DNA of 64,000 nt. Origin: Thermoanaerobaculia bacterium. Lineage in GTDB: Bacteria; Acidobacteriota; Thermoanaerobaculia; UBA5066. Where the stretch lies: contig CAWFJJ010000001.1 in the NCBI GenBank assembly GCA_963816185.1, positions 128,001-192,000 of the forward strand, read 5' to 3'. Below the pieces are notes generated by a model, which was given only the letters and a program-made list of their open reading frames with translations, ran no database searches and had not been told where the DNA came from. The position numbers and the translations under genes were made by a program. Shown here in pieces: positions 17,979 to 30,106 of this stretch. Within the stretch, counting starts at the first letter, position 1, and each line of letters opens with the position of its first letter.

Positions 17979-20900
17979 ATGGCGGCCGAGCCGTCCTTTC
18001 GCCCGCGCGTGCTTTTCGACCGGCGCGACCGCGTCTTCATCGCCCTTTGCCTGCTCACGATCCTGGCCGGCGCGGCGATCTTTCACGCCGGGTTCTCGCG
18101 GGCGTTCCCGGAGGCCTCGATCGACTTCAAGGTGACGCGCGAGGAAGCCGTTCGCCGGGGCGCCGAGGCGCTTCGCGCGCGCGGATTCACGCTCGACGGC
18201 GCGCGCGCCCTCGTGATCTTCGACGGCGACGACGAAGCGAAGGTCTATCTCGAGAGGACGCTCGGCCTCGAGAAGGCGAACCCGATCTTCTCGACGACGG
18301 TGCCCGTCTGGCGCTGGTCGGTGCGGTGGGTTCATCCGCTCGAAAGGCTCGAATACCGCGCGGCAGTCGCTCCGGACGGGCGGCTTCTTGCAGTCCGGCG
18401 AATTCTGCCGGAGAAGACGGCAGGCGCCCGACCCTGGCGACGCGGCGGCGCGCGCGCTCGCGGAGGGGGAGATCCGATCCTTCCGCGGCCTCGATCCCTC
18501 GGCCCTCCGGTTCATCGAGACGACGGTCGAGAAAAGGCCCGGACGAGTCGACCGAACGTTCGTGTGGGAGTCGAACGCGATCCGTTTCGGGGATGCCGCG
18601 CTCCGCTACCTCGTCGAGGTGCAGGGCGACCGCATCGGGCGCTCGTCGCTTCATTTCGAGGTGCCGGAGAAGTGGCGAAGGGACTACGAGACGCTCCGCT
18701 CGAAGAACCTCGCGGCGGGCACGGTGGCCACCCTCGGGCTTTTCCTCACGGCGCTCGCCGTGCTCGTCGTCTTTCTCGAGCGGGTGCGGCGCAGGGACGT
18801 CAAATGGAAGTGGGCGCTCGCGTTTGCGGGCACGGGCGCCGTCCTGCAGCTTTTCGCCTCGCTGAACGAGATGCCGATTCGCCTCTTCGATTACGACACC
18901 GCGGACGCCTGGACGGGTTTCGTGGCGAAATCGGTGGCAGGCGACGTGGGCGGCGCGGTCGCCCTCGGCGTCGTGCTTCTGCTCCTCGTCGCGGCCGGGG
19001 AGCCGCTCTATCGCGAGCGCTATCCGGACAAACCGGCGCTCGGCCGCCTCCTCTCCCTCCGCGGCATCTCCTCGAAGCGGTTCTTCCGCGGGCTCCTCCT
19101 CGGATATGCGATGACGGCGTTTTTCTTCTCGTACCAGATCGTCTTCTACCTCGTCGCCGCGCGCTTCGGCGCGTGGGCTCCCGCCGACGTGCCGTACTCG
19201 AACCTCCTCGGCACGTGGTTTCCCTGGGCGGGCGTCCTTCTGATGGGCTTTCTCCCCGCGACGACCGAGGAGTTCTCGTCGCGCATGTTCTCGATTCCGT
19301 TCGCCGAGCGGTTCCTGCCGCGCTGGGCCGCCGTCGTCGTCCCGGCGCTCATCTGGGGCTTCGCCCACAGCACGTATCCGAACCAGCCTTTCTACATCCG
19401 GGGCCTCGAAGTGGGATTCGCGGGGATCCTGATCGGCGCCGTGATGCTGAAGGCGGGAATCTTCCCGCTGCTCGTGTGGCACTTCACGGTGGATGCCGTG
19501 TACACGGCGCTGTTGCTCCTGCGCTCGTCGAATCCCTACTTCGTCGTCTCCGGTGCCGCCGCGTCCCTCATCCTGCTGCTTCCGCTCGCCGCATCGCTGA
19601 TCCTCTATTTCCGGCGCGGCGGCTTCGCTGCCGAGGAGGACCTCACGAACGCGGCGACGGGCTCGGTGCCCGCGCCGCCGCACGTCGAGGAGCCCGTTCC
19701 CTCGGTCTGCGCTCCGCCGCGCGCGATCTCGCCCGGGCGCGCCGCCGCCGCGCTCGCGCTCGCCCTCGCGGCATTTGCCGCGGCACGCTGGGTCCTGCCG
19801 CCTCCGGGGCCGTGGGAGGGTGTGCGGGTGAGTGTGGACCGGACCAGGGCCAAGGCGGCGGCAGACGCATTCGTGAAGGCGGCCGGAGACGATCCCGCGG
19901 GATATCTTTCGGTCGCGACGACTGCGACGGCGCTCCCCGCGCTCGAGGACGCCGCAGAGACCGGCCAGGACCTCGTGCCGTATGGCGAGTCCGCACAGGC
20001 CGAGCGCTGGCTCCTCGAGCGGGGCGGCATGCCCCTCCTCGCGCGCTGGGCGACGGCGATCCTTCCGGGGCCGGTCTGGAACGTGCGGTACGTGCGCACG
20101 CTCGACGAGCACGGTGCGACCGTGGCCGTGGACGCGCGGACCGGCCGGATCGCCGGTTTTCGCCGGACTTTTCCCGAAGCCGAGCCCGGCGGAAGCCCCG
20201 ACGAAAGCGTCGCACGCGCGAAGGCGGCGTCCGGCTTCGCGTCGTTCGGCCTCGACCCGTCGGGCTGGTACGTCGTCTCGTCGAAGAGCGAGGCGCGCAA
20301 GGCACGGCGGGACACGCTCGTCGTCTTCGAGTCGAAGCTCGAGCGGGCCGGTGAGGCGACGCGGCGAGTCGTGACGGGCCTCGCGGGCGACGTGCCCGCG
20401 CTTTTCGCGACGGCTTTGAAGCTGCCGGAGGAATGGGTGCGCGCCGGAGAGAAATCGACGGCGGTGACGTACGCCGCGATCTCGTGGAAGATCGCGGCAT
20501 GGGGGACCCTCGTCGGGCTTCTCGTCGTGGAGCTCGTGCGGCTCGCGCGCAAAGGAGCGATTCCCTGGCGCCGTTCGCTTCGCCTCGCGGCGCTCCTGGC
20601 GCTGCCCGCGATCCTCTCGCGCCTCGTCTCCCTGCCGCTCGCCCTCGCGCGGTATGACTCGCAGTTTTCGATGGCCGTCTTCGGGGTCGTGGCGGGCGTG
20701 GGCCTCCTCGTCGGAATCCTGGTCTCCTTCGGCGCCGCGCTTCTCGCGGTCGCCCTCGTCCTCGCCGTGAAGAAAGATGCGCCGGCCGCTTTCCGGCGGG
20801 GGGGCGCGGACGGACCGCTCTCTCTTGTGGCCGGGGCCGGCGCGGCCGCGCTCGTCCTCTCGATCCGCGCTCTGGCGCGCGGTGTGGAGGCCTCGTTTCC

Positions 20901-21393
20901 GCTCGAAGCGGGCGTCCGGGGTTTTCCATTTCCGCAGGGAGTCGAGACGGTTCTTCCGGCCGGGGTCGCCATCGGGTCCCTCGTTCTCCGCATGCTCGCG
21001 TTCGGGGCCGGAGCCGCGTTTCTCGCTCTTCTTCTCCGCGACGCCCTCAGGAAACCGGTCTTTCGCGCTTTGTTCTTCGTGGCCGCCGTCGGCGTCTTCG
21101 CGCCTTTCGACGCCCGGACATTCGGCGACCTCTTCGTGCCGGTTTTCGCCGGCGCGCTCACCGGCCTCGCGTTCATCGCGGCCATCGCCGTGTTCCTGAG
21201 GGACGACCCGCGCGCGTACGTCTTCGCGGCCGCGTTTCTCGGGGCGGCGGGCGCCGGCGCCGACCTCGCCTCGAGCGGCATCGCGCCGTGGGTCTGGAAC
21301 GGCGTCGCCGTTTTCGCGTTCGTCGCGTTCCTCGTCGTTGGCTGGGGGCTCGACCGGCCACGGCCGGTGGAGCCGGTCTTCAAGGTTTCTTAG
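17979..21393 (+). CDS. Large CPBP/Abi-family intramembrane metalloprotease; frameshift near 18425
   Basis: TEEFSSR, WGFAH, WHFTVD motifs; many TM helices; N-terminus MAAEPSF... in a different frame. Confidence 0.8.
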
Positions 21394-21500
21394 AATCTCC
21401 GACTTCGAATCCCGACCGCTGTCCCGTGGTCGGCTGCCGGCTTGTTGCAGCGGCCTGCCCAGCGTTCGCCCCGTAGGCGCCAAGGTGCTAACGTAAACAA

Positions 21501-22217
21501 ATGCGGGCAAGGGTTCGCGAAATCGACGTCAGGAAGGTCGAGGGGCTGCCACCCAGGGAAAGGCCGTCCTATACCGTAGCTGAGGTGTCGCACTACGTTG
21601 GAACGCCTGCGGCAACGGTGCGAGCCTGGGTCAAGGGGCAGGCCGGATTCCGGCGAGTTTTGCATCTTGACGAGGAACGACAGGGGCCGCCTCTTCTTTC
21701 ATTTCTGAATCTCGTGGAAATCCATGTCCTTGGTGCCCTTCGGAGCCATCACCGCCTGCCGCTGCCTCGGATTCGCCGGGCTCTCGCGTTCCTGTCCAGG
21801 CGATACCCCAAGAATCTTCATCCGCTGGCGGAACTCGACCTCAAAACCGATGGCTTTAGCCTCTTCGTTGACGAGGTCTCCAGGCTCGTAAATGCCACTC
21901 AAGACGGGCAACTCGCGATGAGAAAAATCCTCGAGGCGTATTTGGAGCGAATCGACCGGGACGTCAGCCATGTCCCCGTTCGCCTCTATCCGTTCACGCG
22001 CCGGCGAGAGGGGTTTTTTCCGTCGGACGAGCCGCGGCTCGTCGTCATCGATCCCGAAATTGCCTTCGGCCGCCCAGCTCTCTCGCAGAGCGGTGTTCCT
22101 ACGGACGTGATCGCGGAACGATTCCGTGCTGGGGAGTCGATCGGCGAACTTTCTCAAGACTACGGTCGACCGGTTTTCGAAATCGAAGAAGCTCTCCGTT
22201 GTGAGCGGGTCGCCTAG
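21501..22217 (+). CDS. DUF433-containing antitoxin (VapB45/Rv2018-like)
   Basis: N-terminal HTH (YTVAEVSHYVG...WV), LSFLNLVE, IDPEIAFGRP, RFRAGESIGELSQDY. Confidence 0.85.
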   Translation: MRARVREIDVRKVEGLPPRERPSYTVAEVSHYVGTPAATVRAWVKGQAGFRRVLHLDEERQGPPLLSFLNLVEIHVLGALRSHHRLPLPRIRRALAFLSRRYPKNLHPLAELDLKTDGFSLFVDEVSRLVNATQDGQLAMRKILEAYLERIDRDVSHVPVRLYPFTRRREGFFPSDEPRLVVIDPEIAFGRPALSQSGVPTDVIAERFRAGESIGELSQDYGRPVFEIEEALRCERVA

Positions 22218-22610
22218 TCCCCCTACATTCTTCGTCGATCGATCTCTCGGACGGCACAAGGTCGCCGACGCTCTTCGTCAGGCGCACCTAACTGTCGTGT
22301 CTCACGATACGGTCTTCCCGCAAAACACCAAGGATCCCACGTGGCTTTCCGGAGTAGGAGCGAAGGGTTGGGTTGTGCTCACCAAGGACAAGCACATTCG
22401 GACGCGGCGCAATGAGCTCGCGGCGCTCCTGAACGCCGGCGTCGCCGCATTCGTTCTCACAAGCGGAACATCACTGGCGAACAGATGGCGGCTGCATTCA
22501 TCGCGGCCATTCATGGAATGCTCCGCCTGCTTCAGTCAACCGCGCGGCCTTTCATTGCCCGAGTGACCATGGCAGGCGCCGTAGAGGTCATCGCTCTGAA
22601 GAAGTCGTAA
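22201..22610 (+). CDS. PIN-like toxin (VapC45/Rv2019-like); frameshift near 22466
   Basis: FFVDRSLG, DPTWL..VGAKGWVVLTKDKHIR; shifted frame continues NITGEQMAAAF...KKS*. Confidence 0.8.
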
Positions 22611-22906
22611 GGCATGGCGTGCGACATGGGCACCAGCTCCCGAGCTGGGACCTCTCTGAACTCGGAAGTCGACTGAGACCGCTCTCTTACCCTTCGGAGC
22701 ATATTTCGGGGCTTCCCATAAGCGCAGAATGATTCACCTGCACCTCGCCATCCTTGATGTCCTGCCTAGCGTGAAGATGCGCCAAGCGATGGGCGAGTGC
22801 GGAATGACGGCGCCGTGGTCGGGCGGCGTCGAAAGAGCCCCGGCCCCGCTTCGCGGCCGCGTATCCTCAAAGCATGGCCAAGAGGGTGCAAGACGGGCGG
22901 GACGCG

Positions 22907-24569
22907 ATGAGATTCCTCTCGGTCGCTCTGCTCATCTCCGCTCCAGCGGCCCTCGTTGCGATGAGCGCGGACGGTGCCACCGATCCGTCAACCCGGGAAG
23001 CGCGTGGTGCGGCGTCGTCAACGCCGCCGCTCCGGGCGACACGATCGTCTTCGCGGCCGGGATCTATACCGGGACGTGCTCGATCACGGCTTCGGGTTCT
23101 CTGGCGGCTCCGATCACGTTGCGCTCGCAAACCGCCTCTGCCGCCGATCGCGCGGTCCTGGCCTATCCCGGCACGAGCAGCAACATCATCGACGTCTACG
23201 GCTCCTACCTCGTGTTCCGCTGGCTGACCTTCGGCCCGACGGCGCCCGGCGCCGGCGTGAATCCTCTCAAGCTGCGGAGCAGCGTCCAGGGAATCGTCGT
23301 CGATCAGAACGTCTTCAAGGGCACCGACATCGCCGTCGCGGCGAACTCCAGCGGCAGCACCTATCGAAGCATCTCGATCACGAACAACGTCCTGACGAAC
23401 ATGCAGTCGACCGGCCTCTACTTCGGCTGTCACGACGGCACGTCCTGCCACGCCCTGGACATCCTCATCCAGGGAAACCTCATCGACACGGTGCAGGCGG
23501 GCGACGGCGTGGGTTACGGCCTGGAGATCAAGCTGAACTCCTGGGCCACGATCCTCGAGAACACGGTCTACGACCCCAGGGTCCGGGCATCGAGGTCTAC
23601 GGCTCGAATCGAGGCGATCCTCCGAGCGTCGTCGAGCGCAACTACGTCGAGGGGTCCCGGAACGACGCCGGCATCAACGTGGGCGGGGGCCCCGCGATCG
23701 TGCGCAACAACATCGTCGTGGGCAACGCGTACAACGGGATCTGGGCCCAGGATTACGCCGGTCGCGGTCTTCAGCAGAACGTCTGGATCGTCGAGAACAC
23801 GGCCCTCGCGAACCAGACCGGGGGAATCAAAGTCAGCAACTGGCAGGCGGGCGCGGGCAACATCCTCGCGTTCAACGCGGTCGCGCCGCTCCTCGGCACG
23901 CCGGCGCTGACGCCGGCCTCGCCGATCGCCGACACGCTGCTGGGAAACGTGGCCTGCGTCCCGGCGGCGAGCTGCTTCGTGCAGCCCGTCTCGGCGCCCT
24001 ACGACCTCTGGCCTCTCTCGGGCGGCCCGCTGATCGGAGCGGCCGCGAGCGGAATGGAGCCCTGGCGCGTCGGCAACGATTTCATGTGCGCGCCGCGGGG
24101 AATCGCGGCCGATACAGGGGCGATGCAAAGAACCTCTGCCGGCGATGGGCCCCCGCTCGGTGGCGGCGGCGCCCGGCCCGCGTGCGGCTCGGGCGGCACG
24201 CTCCTCTACACCCTCACTCCGTGCCGCGCCGTGGACACGCGCGACGCACCCGGCGCGTGGGGCGGTCCTGCGCTCCTCGCGGGCACGGAGCGCAGCTTCG
24301 TCCTCGCGAGCCGGTGCGGGATCCCGCCGACCGCTCGCGCCGTGACGGCGAACGTGACCGTGGCAGCGCCGACCGCGGCCGGCGTCCTGAGCCTGCGTCC
24401 GGGAGGCACGGCCCCGCTTCTGGCCTCGACGATCAATTACGCGCCCGGCCAGACCCGCGCGAACAACGCGGTGCTTCTGCTGGGCGCGGCGGGTGACGTG
24501 GTGGTGGCCTGCGGCCAGGCCTCCGGCACGACGCAGTTCATCCTGGACGTCACCGGCTACTTCCAGTAG
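22907..24569 (+). CDS. Secreted right-handed parallel beta-helix protein with C-terminal PCR-DTR-type domain; frameshifts near 22985 and 23575
   Basis: Signal peptide MRFLSVALL, APGDTIVFAAGIY, repeated I.NN/I.GN strands, C-terminal LTPCRAVDTR...ILDVTGYFQ. Confidence 0.7.
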
Positions 24570-24574
24570 GGCTG

Positions 24575-25437
24575 CTAGCGTCCCCCCGCCTTCCGCCACT
24601 CCCATTCGGCGAGGCGCTCGCGGGCGCCGAGGCCGATGGCGCGGTGGAGCTCGACGAGGAGCCGGGTGGCCTCGGCGTCGCGGAAGGGCGGCGGGCCGAG
24701 CCGCGTGAGGACCGCCTCGGGGTGCTCCGGGGGCGCGAACGACGAGCGGAGCGCGGCGACCGGCTCGCCGGGCCGGTAGAAGAGCTCGGGCCTCTCGAGG
24801 ATGTGCCGCGCCAGCGGCTCCGGCGGTTCGGCCGTGTCGGCGGGCGCGGGGTGTCCGACGCGCGGGCTTCGGTCTTGCGCTCGGGCCGCGTCCGCGCGCG
24901 TTGCAGGCCCTGGAGAAGCTCTTCCCGGGGGACGCCGCGCAGGAGGAAGACGAGGAACGGGTCGTCCTGGAGGTGATCGCCGAGCAGCACGGCGAGGGCG
25001 CCGGCGTGCGCGCACGGCTCCTTTCCCTCGGCGCACGTGCAGGCCGAGACGACGTCGCCGGCGTCCAGCGGCAGGAGCGAGCGGCGCGTTCCCTGGAAGG
25101 CGCTCTCCACGTCCTCGGGCAGGCGGCCCGCGAGAAGGTCGGCCGCGTACCGAGCCCGCGCCGCCATCGCCTTGAGAACGCGGCGCCGCACCGAGGAGTC
25201 GAGCGGCTTGAGGGAGAGCGACGTCTCTTCCGTCTGCCCGTCCGCCGCCCGCACGTCGGCCCGCGCCCCGGTTCGCCCGATCTCGAGCGAGGTCACCGCG
25301 CCCGAGAGGGCGGCCGCCCGCCCCTCCGTGAGCGCGTCCTCCCACCCGAGCGACGCGAGCCGGGCGAGGAAGCGATACGCCCATCCGCTCTCGGGCGGAG
25401 TCGCGCGTGGGAGGAGGGCCTTCTTGCGGCGCGGCAT
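24575..25437 (-). CDS. SWIM zinc-finger protein; frameshift near 24850
   Basis: CTC...PCAH, DDPFLVFLLRG; TGATG coupling to SNF2 stop. Confidence 0.8.
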
Positions 25438-28400
25438 CAGCGTCCTCCGTCCGTCTCGATCGCGCTCGTGTCGAGCGCGACGAGCTCCGAGAGCTGCTCG
25501 TCCGAGAGCGTCGCGATCCACTGCTCGCCGGCGCCGACGATCGAACGGGCGAGCGCCTTCTTCTCCTCGATCATCCGGTCGATACGCTCCTCGAGCGTTC
25601 CCTTGCAGACGAATTTGTGGACCTGGACGTGCTCGGTCTGTCCGATGCGGAAGGCGCGGTCGGTCGCCTGCTCCTCGACGGCGGGATTCCACCAGCGGTC
25701 CACGTGGAAGACGTGGGAGGCACGGGTCAGGTTCAGGCCGGTGCCTCCCGCGCGCAGCGACAGGACGAAGAACGGAGGCGGATCCTCGTCCTCCTGGAAG
25801 CGCCGCACCATCTCCGTTCGCGTGTGCCGCGGAACCGCGCCGTGCAGGAACAGCACCTCGCAGCCGAAGCGTTCCTTCAGCTCGGCGACGAGGAGATGGC
25901 CCATCTCGGCGAACTGCGTGAAGAGCAGGGAAGGGCTCCTTTCGGCGAGCGTCTCCTCGCACATCTCGAGGAGGCGGGCGATCTTCGCCGAGCGGCCGTC
26001 GCGCCGGCCGTCCCCGAGGAAGAGCGCGGGGTGATCGCAGATCTGCTTGAGGCGCAGGAGCAGGAGGAGGATCTTCGCCTTCCGGCTTCGCCGATTCGCC
26101 CGCCCGATGCCGGAGAGAAGCGATCGGGTCGTCGCGCGGTAGAGAGCGGCCTGCTCGCGCGTGAGGCCGACGAGCTCCTTCGTCTCGATCTTCTCGGGGA
26201 GGTCGGGGACGACGCCCGGATCGGTCTTGGCGCGGCGCAGCAGGAACGGGCCCGTCACGTGGCGCAGGCGCGCGGAGGCCGCAGGGTCGTTGTGCCGCTC
26301 GATCGGGATCGAGAAGTTGCGCCGGAAGGCGTCGTCCGTGCCGAGGAGGCCGGGATTGAGGAAGTCGAAGATGGACTTCAGCTCGGCGAGGCGGTTCTCG
26401 ACGGGCGTGCCGGTGAGGGCCGCGCGCCGGTGCGCCTTGAGAGAACGCGCGGCGCGCGACTGCGCGGCCGACGGGTTCTTGACGTTCTGCGCCTCGTCGA
26501 GCGCGAGGTATTCCCACGTGACGCCCGTCAGAAGGGCGCGGTCCCGATGCACGAGGGCGTACGTCGTGACGAGGAGGTCCACCTTCTTGAGAAGCCGCGT
26601 GAACGCCTCTCCGCTCGCACGCCCTGCGCCGTGATGCACGAGGACGCGGAGCTGCGGGGCGAAGCGCTCGGCCTCGCGGACCCAGTTCTCGGCGACGGAC
26701 GTCGGGCAGACGAGAAGGGACGGGCCGATGCGCTCTCCGGCGTCGCGCGCGGCGAGAAGCGAGGCGAGGAACTGAATCGTCTTGCCGAGGCCCATGTCGT
26801 CGGCGAGACAGGCGCCGAGGCCGCGCGAGAGCAGGAAGCGCAGCCATCCGACGCCGCGCATCTGGTAGGGGCGCAGGATGCCCGTCAGGCCGCGCGGCGG
26901 GACGAAGCCGGCGATCTCGCGCCGCGCGGCCTCCGGATCGAGAAGGCGCCCGATCCACCCTTCGCCGCCCACCGCGTCGACGAGGACGTCCTCCTGCTCG
27001 CCGTCGAGCCCGCCCGCGAGGCGCAGCAGCTCGCCGAGCGTGGTGCGGCCGCCGGGCCGCCGGTCGAGGAGGCGCCGCGCCTTCTCGAGGTTCTCCTTGT
27101 CGAGGAGAACCCATTCCCCGCGGATCTCGACGAGGGGAATCTGCCGGGCGGCCAGCTCCTCGAACTCGTGAGGGCTGAGGAGCGCGTCCCCCACGGCCAC
27201 GCGCCAATCGAAGTCGACGAGGGCATCGAGGCCGAAGCGCACGACCGACGCGTCGGCTTCGCCCGCTCCCGGCGCGCGCGCAACGAGCTTGAGCGCGACG
27301 CGCGCGAGACTGCCGCCCCCGGGCAGGCGGACGGCGATGCCGGCTTCTCCGAGAAGGGGGGCCTCGTCGGACAGGAAGCGCCACGCTTCGTCCGGCGACA
27401 GGATGACGCCCGTGGGATGCCGCTCCTCGAGGCTCCGCGCGACCGGGCGCGAGAGCGCCGCGGCCGTTCCGAGCCGCGCGAGGAGCGTGTCCTGCGGATT
27501 CGTGAACAGGCGCCCGCGCCGGCGCACGGATCCTTCGGTCGTGGCCCAGATCTCCTCGGCCGGCAGCGAGACCTCGGGGCTCTCTCCGGACTCGAGGAGG
27601 TATGCGAGCGAAAACGAGCCGCCGGCCTCGGAAGGCGGCACGACGCGGATGCCGAGACGCAGCAGGCTCTCGGGGAGGGGATCCAGGAGCGGGAGGCTCC
27701 ACTCGGTCAGGCGCGCGAGGACGCCGGGCTCGAGCGCGAGAGTCGGAGGAGCGGCGAGCGCAGCGATGACCTCGGCCTCGGGAGTGTCGCCCGCGCGCCG
27801 CCGCTCGGCCGGAACGACGTCCCGGAGAACGTCGCGCGCGGCCGCGTCCACGGCCTCGTCCAGGAACGCGAGGAGCAGCCCGCGCGCGGGCGGGAGCGCG
27901 CCGTCGGGTCCCAGGCGTGCGCCCGCCGGCAGGATCGCGCGCGAGACAGGCGGCATGGCTTCGGCGAGACGCCGGAGACGCTCCCTCTCGTGGGGATCGT
28001 CGAGGACGGGCCGCCAGCGGGGACGCGTGCCGTCGGCTCCGGGAGCGACGCGTCGGCGGAGCAGAAGGTCGAACACCCAGCGCGCCACCTCCGCCCAGTA
28101 GTCGAGGTCGTCGCCCGCCGATACGGGCAGGGGGCGCGCGCGGAGCGCCGCAGGGAGCGAGAGCAGCGCCTCGAGAGCGGCCGCGACCGGCAGCACGAAC
28201 GCGGGGACTTCGTAGATCCGGAGCACGGCGGAGAAAGGCGGCGCATAGTCGGCGGGCTCCCGAAGCGCCGGCGCGGACGGAACAGGACGCCCGTGAACGG
28301 CGGGGACGACGAGGGCGAGCGTCGTCGTCTCCGTGCGTGCGGAGAACGGGGACGCGAGGCCCTCGGCGCTCAGCGCCTCCAGGAGTACGCACGGCTCGAC

Positions 28401-28509
28401 GGCACGCGGGTGCCGGTCGCGCCCGTCGTGCGGCGTGAAAAGCCCCTCCGCCCAGAAGGCGAATCCGGACGGGCGCGGAGCACCGTGCAGGACAGATCAA
28501 GCCCTCCAT
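25437..28509 (-). CDS. SNF2-family helicase/ATPase; frameshift near 28494
   Basis: LADDMGLGKT, DEAQ, TGTPVEN, SLRAGGTGLNL, WWNPAVEEQATDRAFRIGQ; N-terminal VLHG...FWAE. Confidence 0.92.
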
Positions 28510-28531
28510 TGTCGGCTATCCTCGCCCTCGG

Positions 28532-29055
28532 ATGAAAGTCCCGAGGGCGCACGAGCTTTTTCGACGGATGTCGAGCGCGGAGGTGGCCTCTATCGTCGAG
28601 GCGGCGTGCGAAGACGACGAGCTGCCCGAGAAGATCGCGGGCGGCGTCATCACGTACCAGCAGATCCCCCTCAGGCGGTTTTCGAAGCTGCCCGAGGAGA
28701 CGCGGCTGGCCTACGTGAGGCGCACGCTGCGCGACAGGCGCGCGTCCGACCTCGGTCTGTACGTCCTCTCCGCCGCCCTCACGCGCCGGCAGGCGGCGCT
28801 CATCTCGTGCTTTTCTCGAGGCGCTGAAGCTTCCCCACGAGGGGCCGAGCCTGACGACGGAGGGCGCGATCCCGGCGCCGGCGCGCGAAGGCGCTGCGCC
28901 GCGCGGTCGACGCGCTCCTCGACGCCCACGAGGCGCGCGACGTGGCGCTCTATCTCCACGCGTTCGCGTCCCAGCCGGACGTCGACTGGCCCGTCCTCGA
29001 AAAGCTCCTCGAATCGGACGCCCGCCTCGCGTTCGAGGACCGCTCGGCAGCCTGA
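28532..29055 (+). CDS. Conserved hypothetical protein; frameshifts at ~28815-28900
   Basis: MKVPRAHELF...LISCF then FLEALKLPHEG...VALYLHAFASQPDVDWPVL; coding-like codon usage. Confidence 0.6.
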
Positions 29056-29067
29056 CTCTTCGGCTGA

Positions 29068-29745
29068 TTACTCGCGGGGGCATTCGGCCGCGAGCACGAT
29101 CTCTCCCTTCACGCCGGGCCGCGCGGCGAGGAGCTGTGCGATTTCCGAGGCCCTCCCGCGCAGGACCTCCTCGTGGAGCTTCGTCAGCTCGCGCCCGAGG
29201 ACGACGGGCGGATCTCCCCACGCCTTCGCGAGCGCCTCGAGGGATTCGACGATCCGGAAGGGCGACTCGAAGAGCACCGTCGTGCCGGGGCGCGCGGCGT
29301 GCGCCGCGTACCAGCGGTCGCGCTCGCCGCGGCGCGAGGGCGGAAAGCCCAGGAACGTGAACGGGACGGCCGGAAAGCCCGAGATCGAGAGGATCGCGAG
29401 GACCGCCGAGGGCCCCGGAATCGCCTCTACGCGGTGCCCGGCCGCGGCGGCCGCCGCGACGAGCCGCTCGCCGGGATCGGAGACGAGCGGCGTGCCCGCG
29501 TCGGAGACGAGAGCCAGCGTCTCGCCGCGGGCGAGGCGCTCGAGAGCCTCGTCGACGCGGCGGTGCTCGTTGTGGCCGTGGCAGGACACGCGCGGCGTCG
29601 TGAGGCCGTGGCGCGCGAAGAGGTTTCCCGTGCGGCGGGTATCCTCGCAATAGACGACGGCCGCCGACGACAGAGCTTCGAGCGCCCGCGGCGACAGGTC
29701 GTCGAGGTTCCCGATCGGCGTCGCGACGACGAGGAGACGGCCCAT
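29068..29745 (-). CDS. rsmI: 16S rRNA C1402 2'-O-methyltransferase
   Basis: VATPIGNL, CEDTR, SDAGTPLVSDPG, RELTKLHEE. Confidence 0.95.
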   Translation of the reverse strand: MGRLLVVATPIGNLDDLSPRALEALSSAAVVYCEDTRRTGNLFARHGLTTPRVSCHGHNEHRRVDEALERLARGETLALVSDAGTPLVSDPGERLVAAAAAAGHRVEAIPGPSAVLAILSISGFPAVPFTFLGFPPSRRGERDRWYAAHAARPGTTVLFESPFRIVESLEALAKAWGDPPVVLGRELTKLHEEVLRGRASEIAQLLAARPGVKGEIVLAAECPRE

Positions 29746-29776
29746 CGCGGCATTCTCTCGCGACCGCGCGATCCGG

Positions 29777-30034
29777 GAGCTCTTGTGCGGCCCGCTCGAA
29801 GAGAGCCACCTGGACCTCGCGACCCGCGTCGTGTCGCAACGCGTGGCGTTCCTCGAGGAAGACGCGGCCGTGAGTGCGCGCCTCTTCAACGAATCCGGGA
29901 GGCGGCGTGGATCCCCTGGTCGATTGCATGATCGCGGCAAGCGCATTGCGTGCGGGGGAACCGCTCGCGACCGGGAACGTCGCCGATTTTCGGAGGTTCG
30001 CGGCTCGGGTCTGAAGATCCTCGAAGCTCGATGA
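29777..30034 (+). pseudogene. 5'-truncated PIN-domain (VapC) toxin remnant
   Basis: Across two frameshifts: ELLCGPL...ARLFNESGRRRGS/LVDCMIAASALRAGEPLATGNVADFRRF; no N-terminal DT motif. Confidence 0.7.
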
Positions 30035-30106
30035 ATGACGTGGCGGCCCGAAGGCGCCAGGGTCGATCCGACATGAGGCGCTCTGGCCCCTGCTACGATC
30101 GAGGGC

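Noticed and set aside
24575-28509. SNF2-SWIM as an anti-phage defence system
   Set aside because: No methylase, nuclease or other defence partners adjacent; matches the common chromosomal pair
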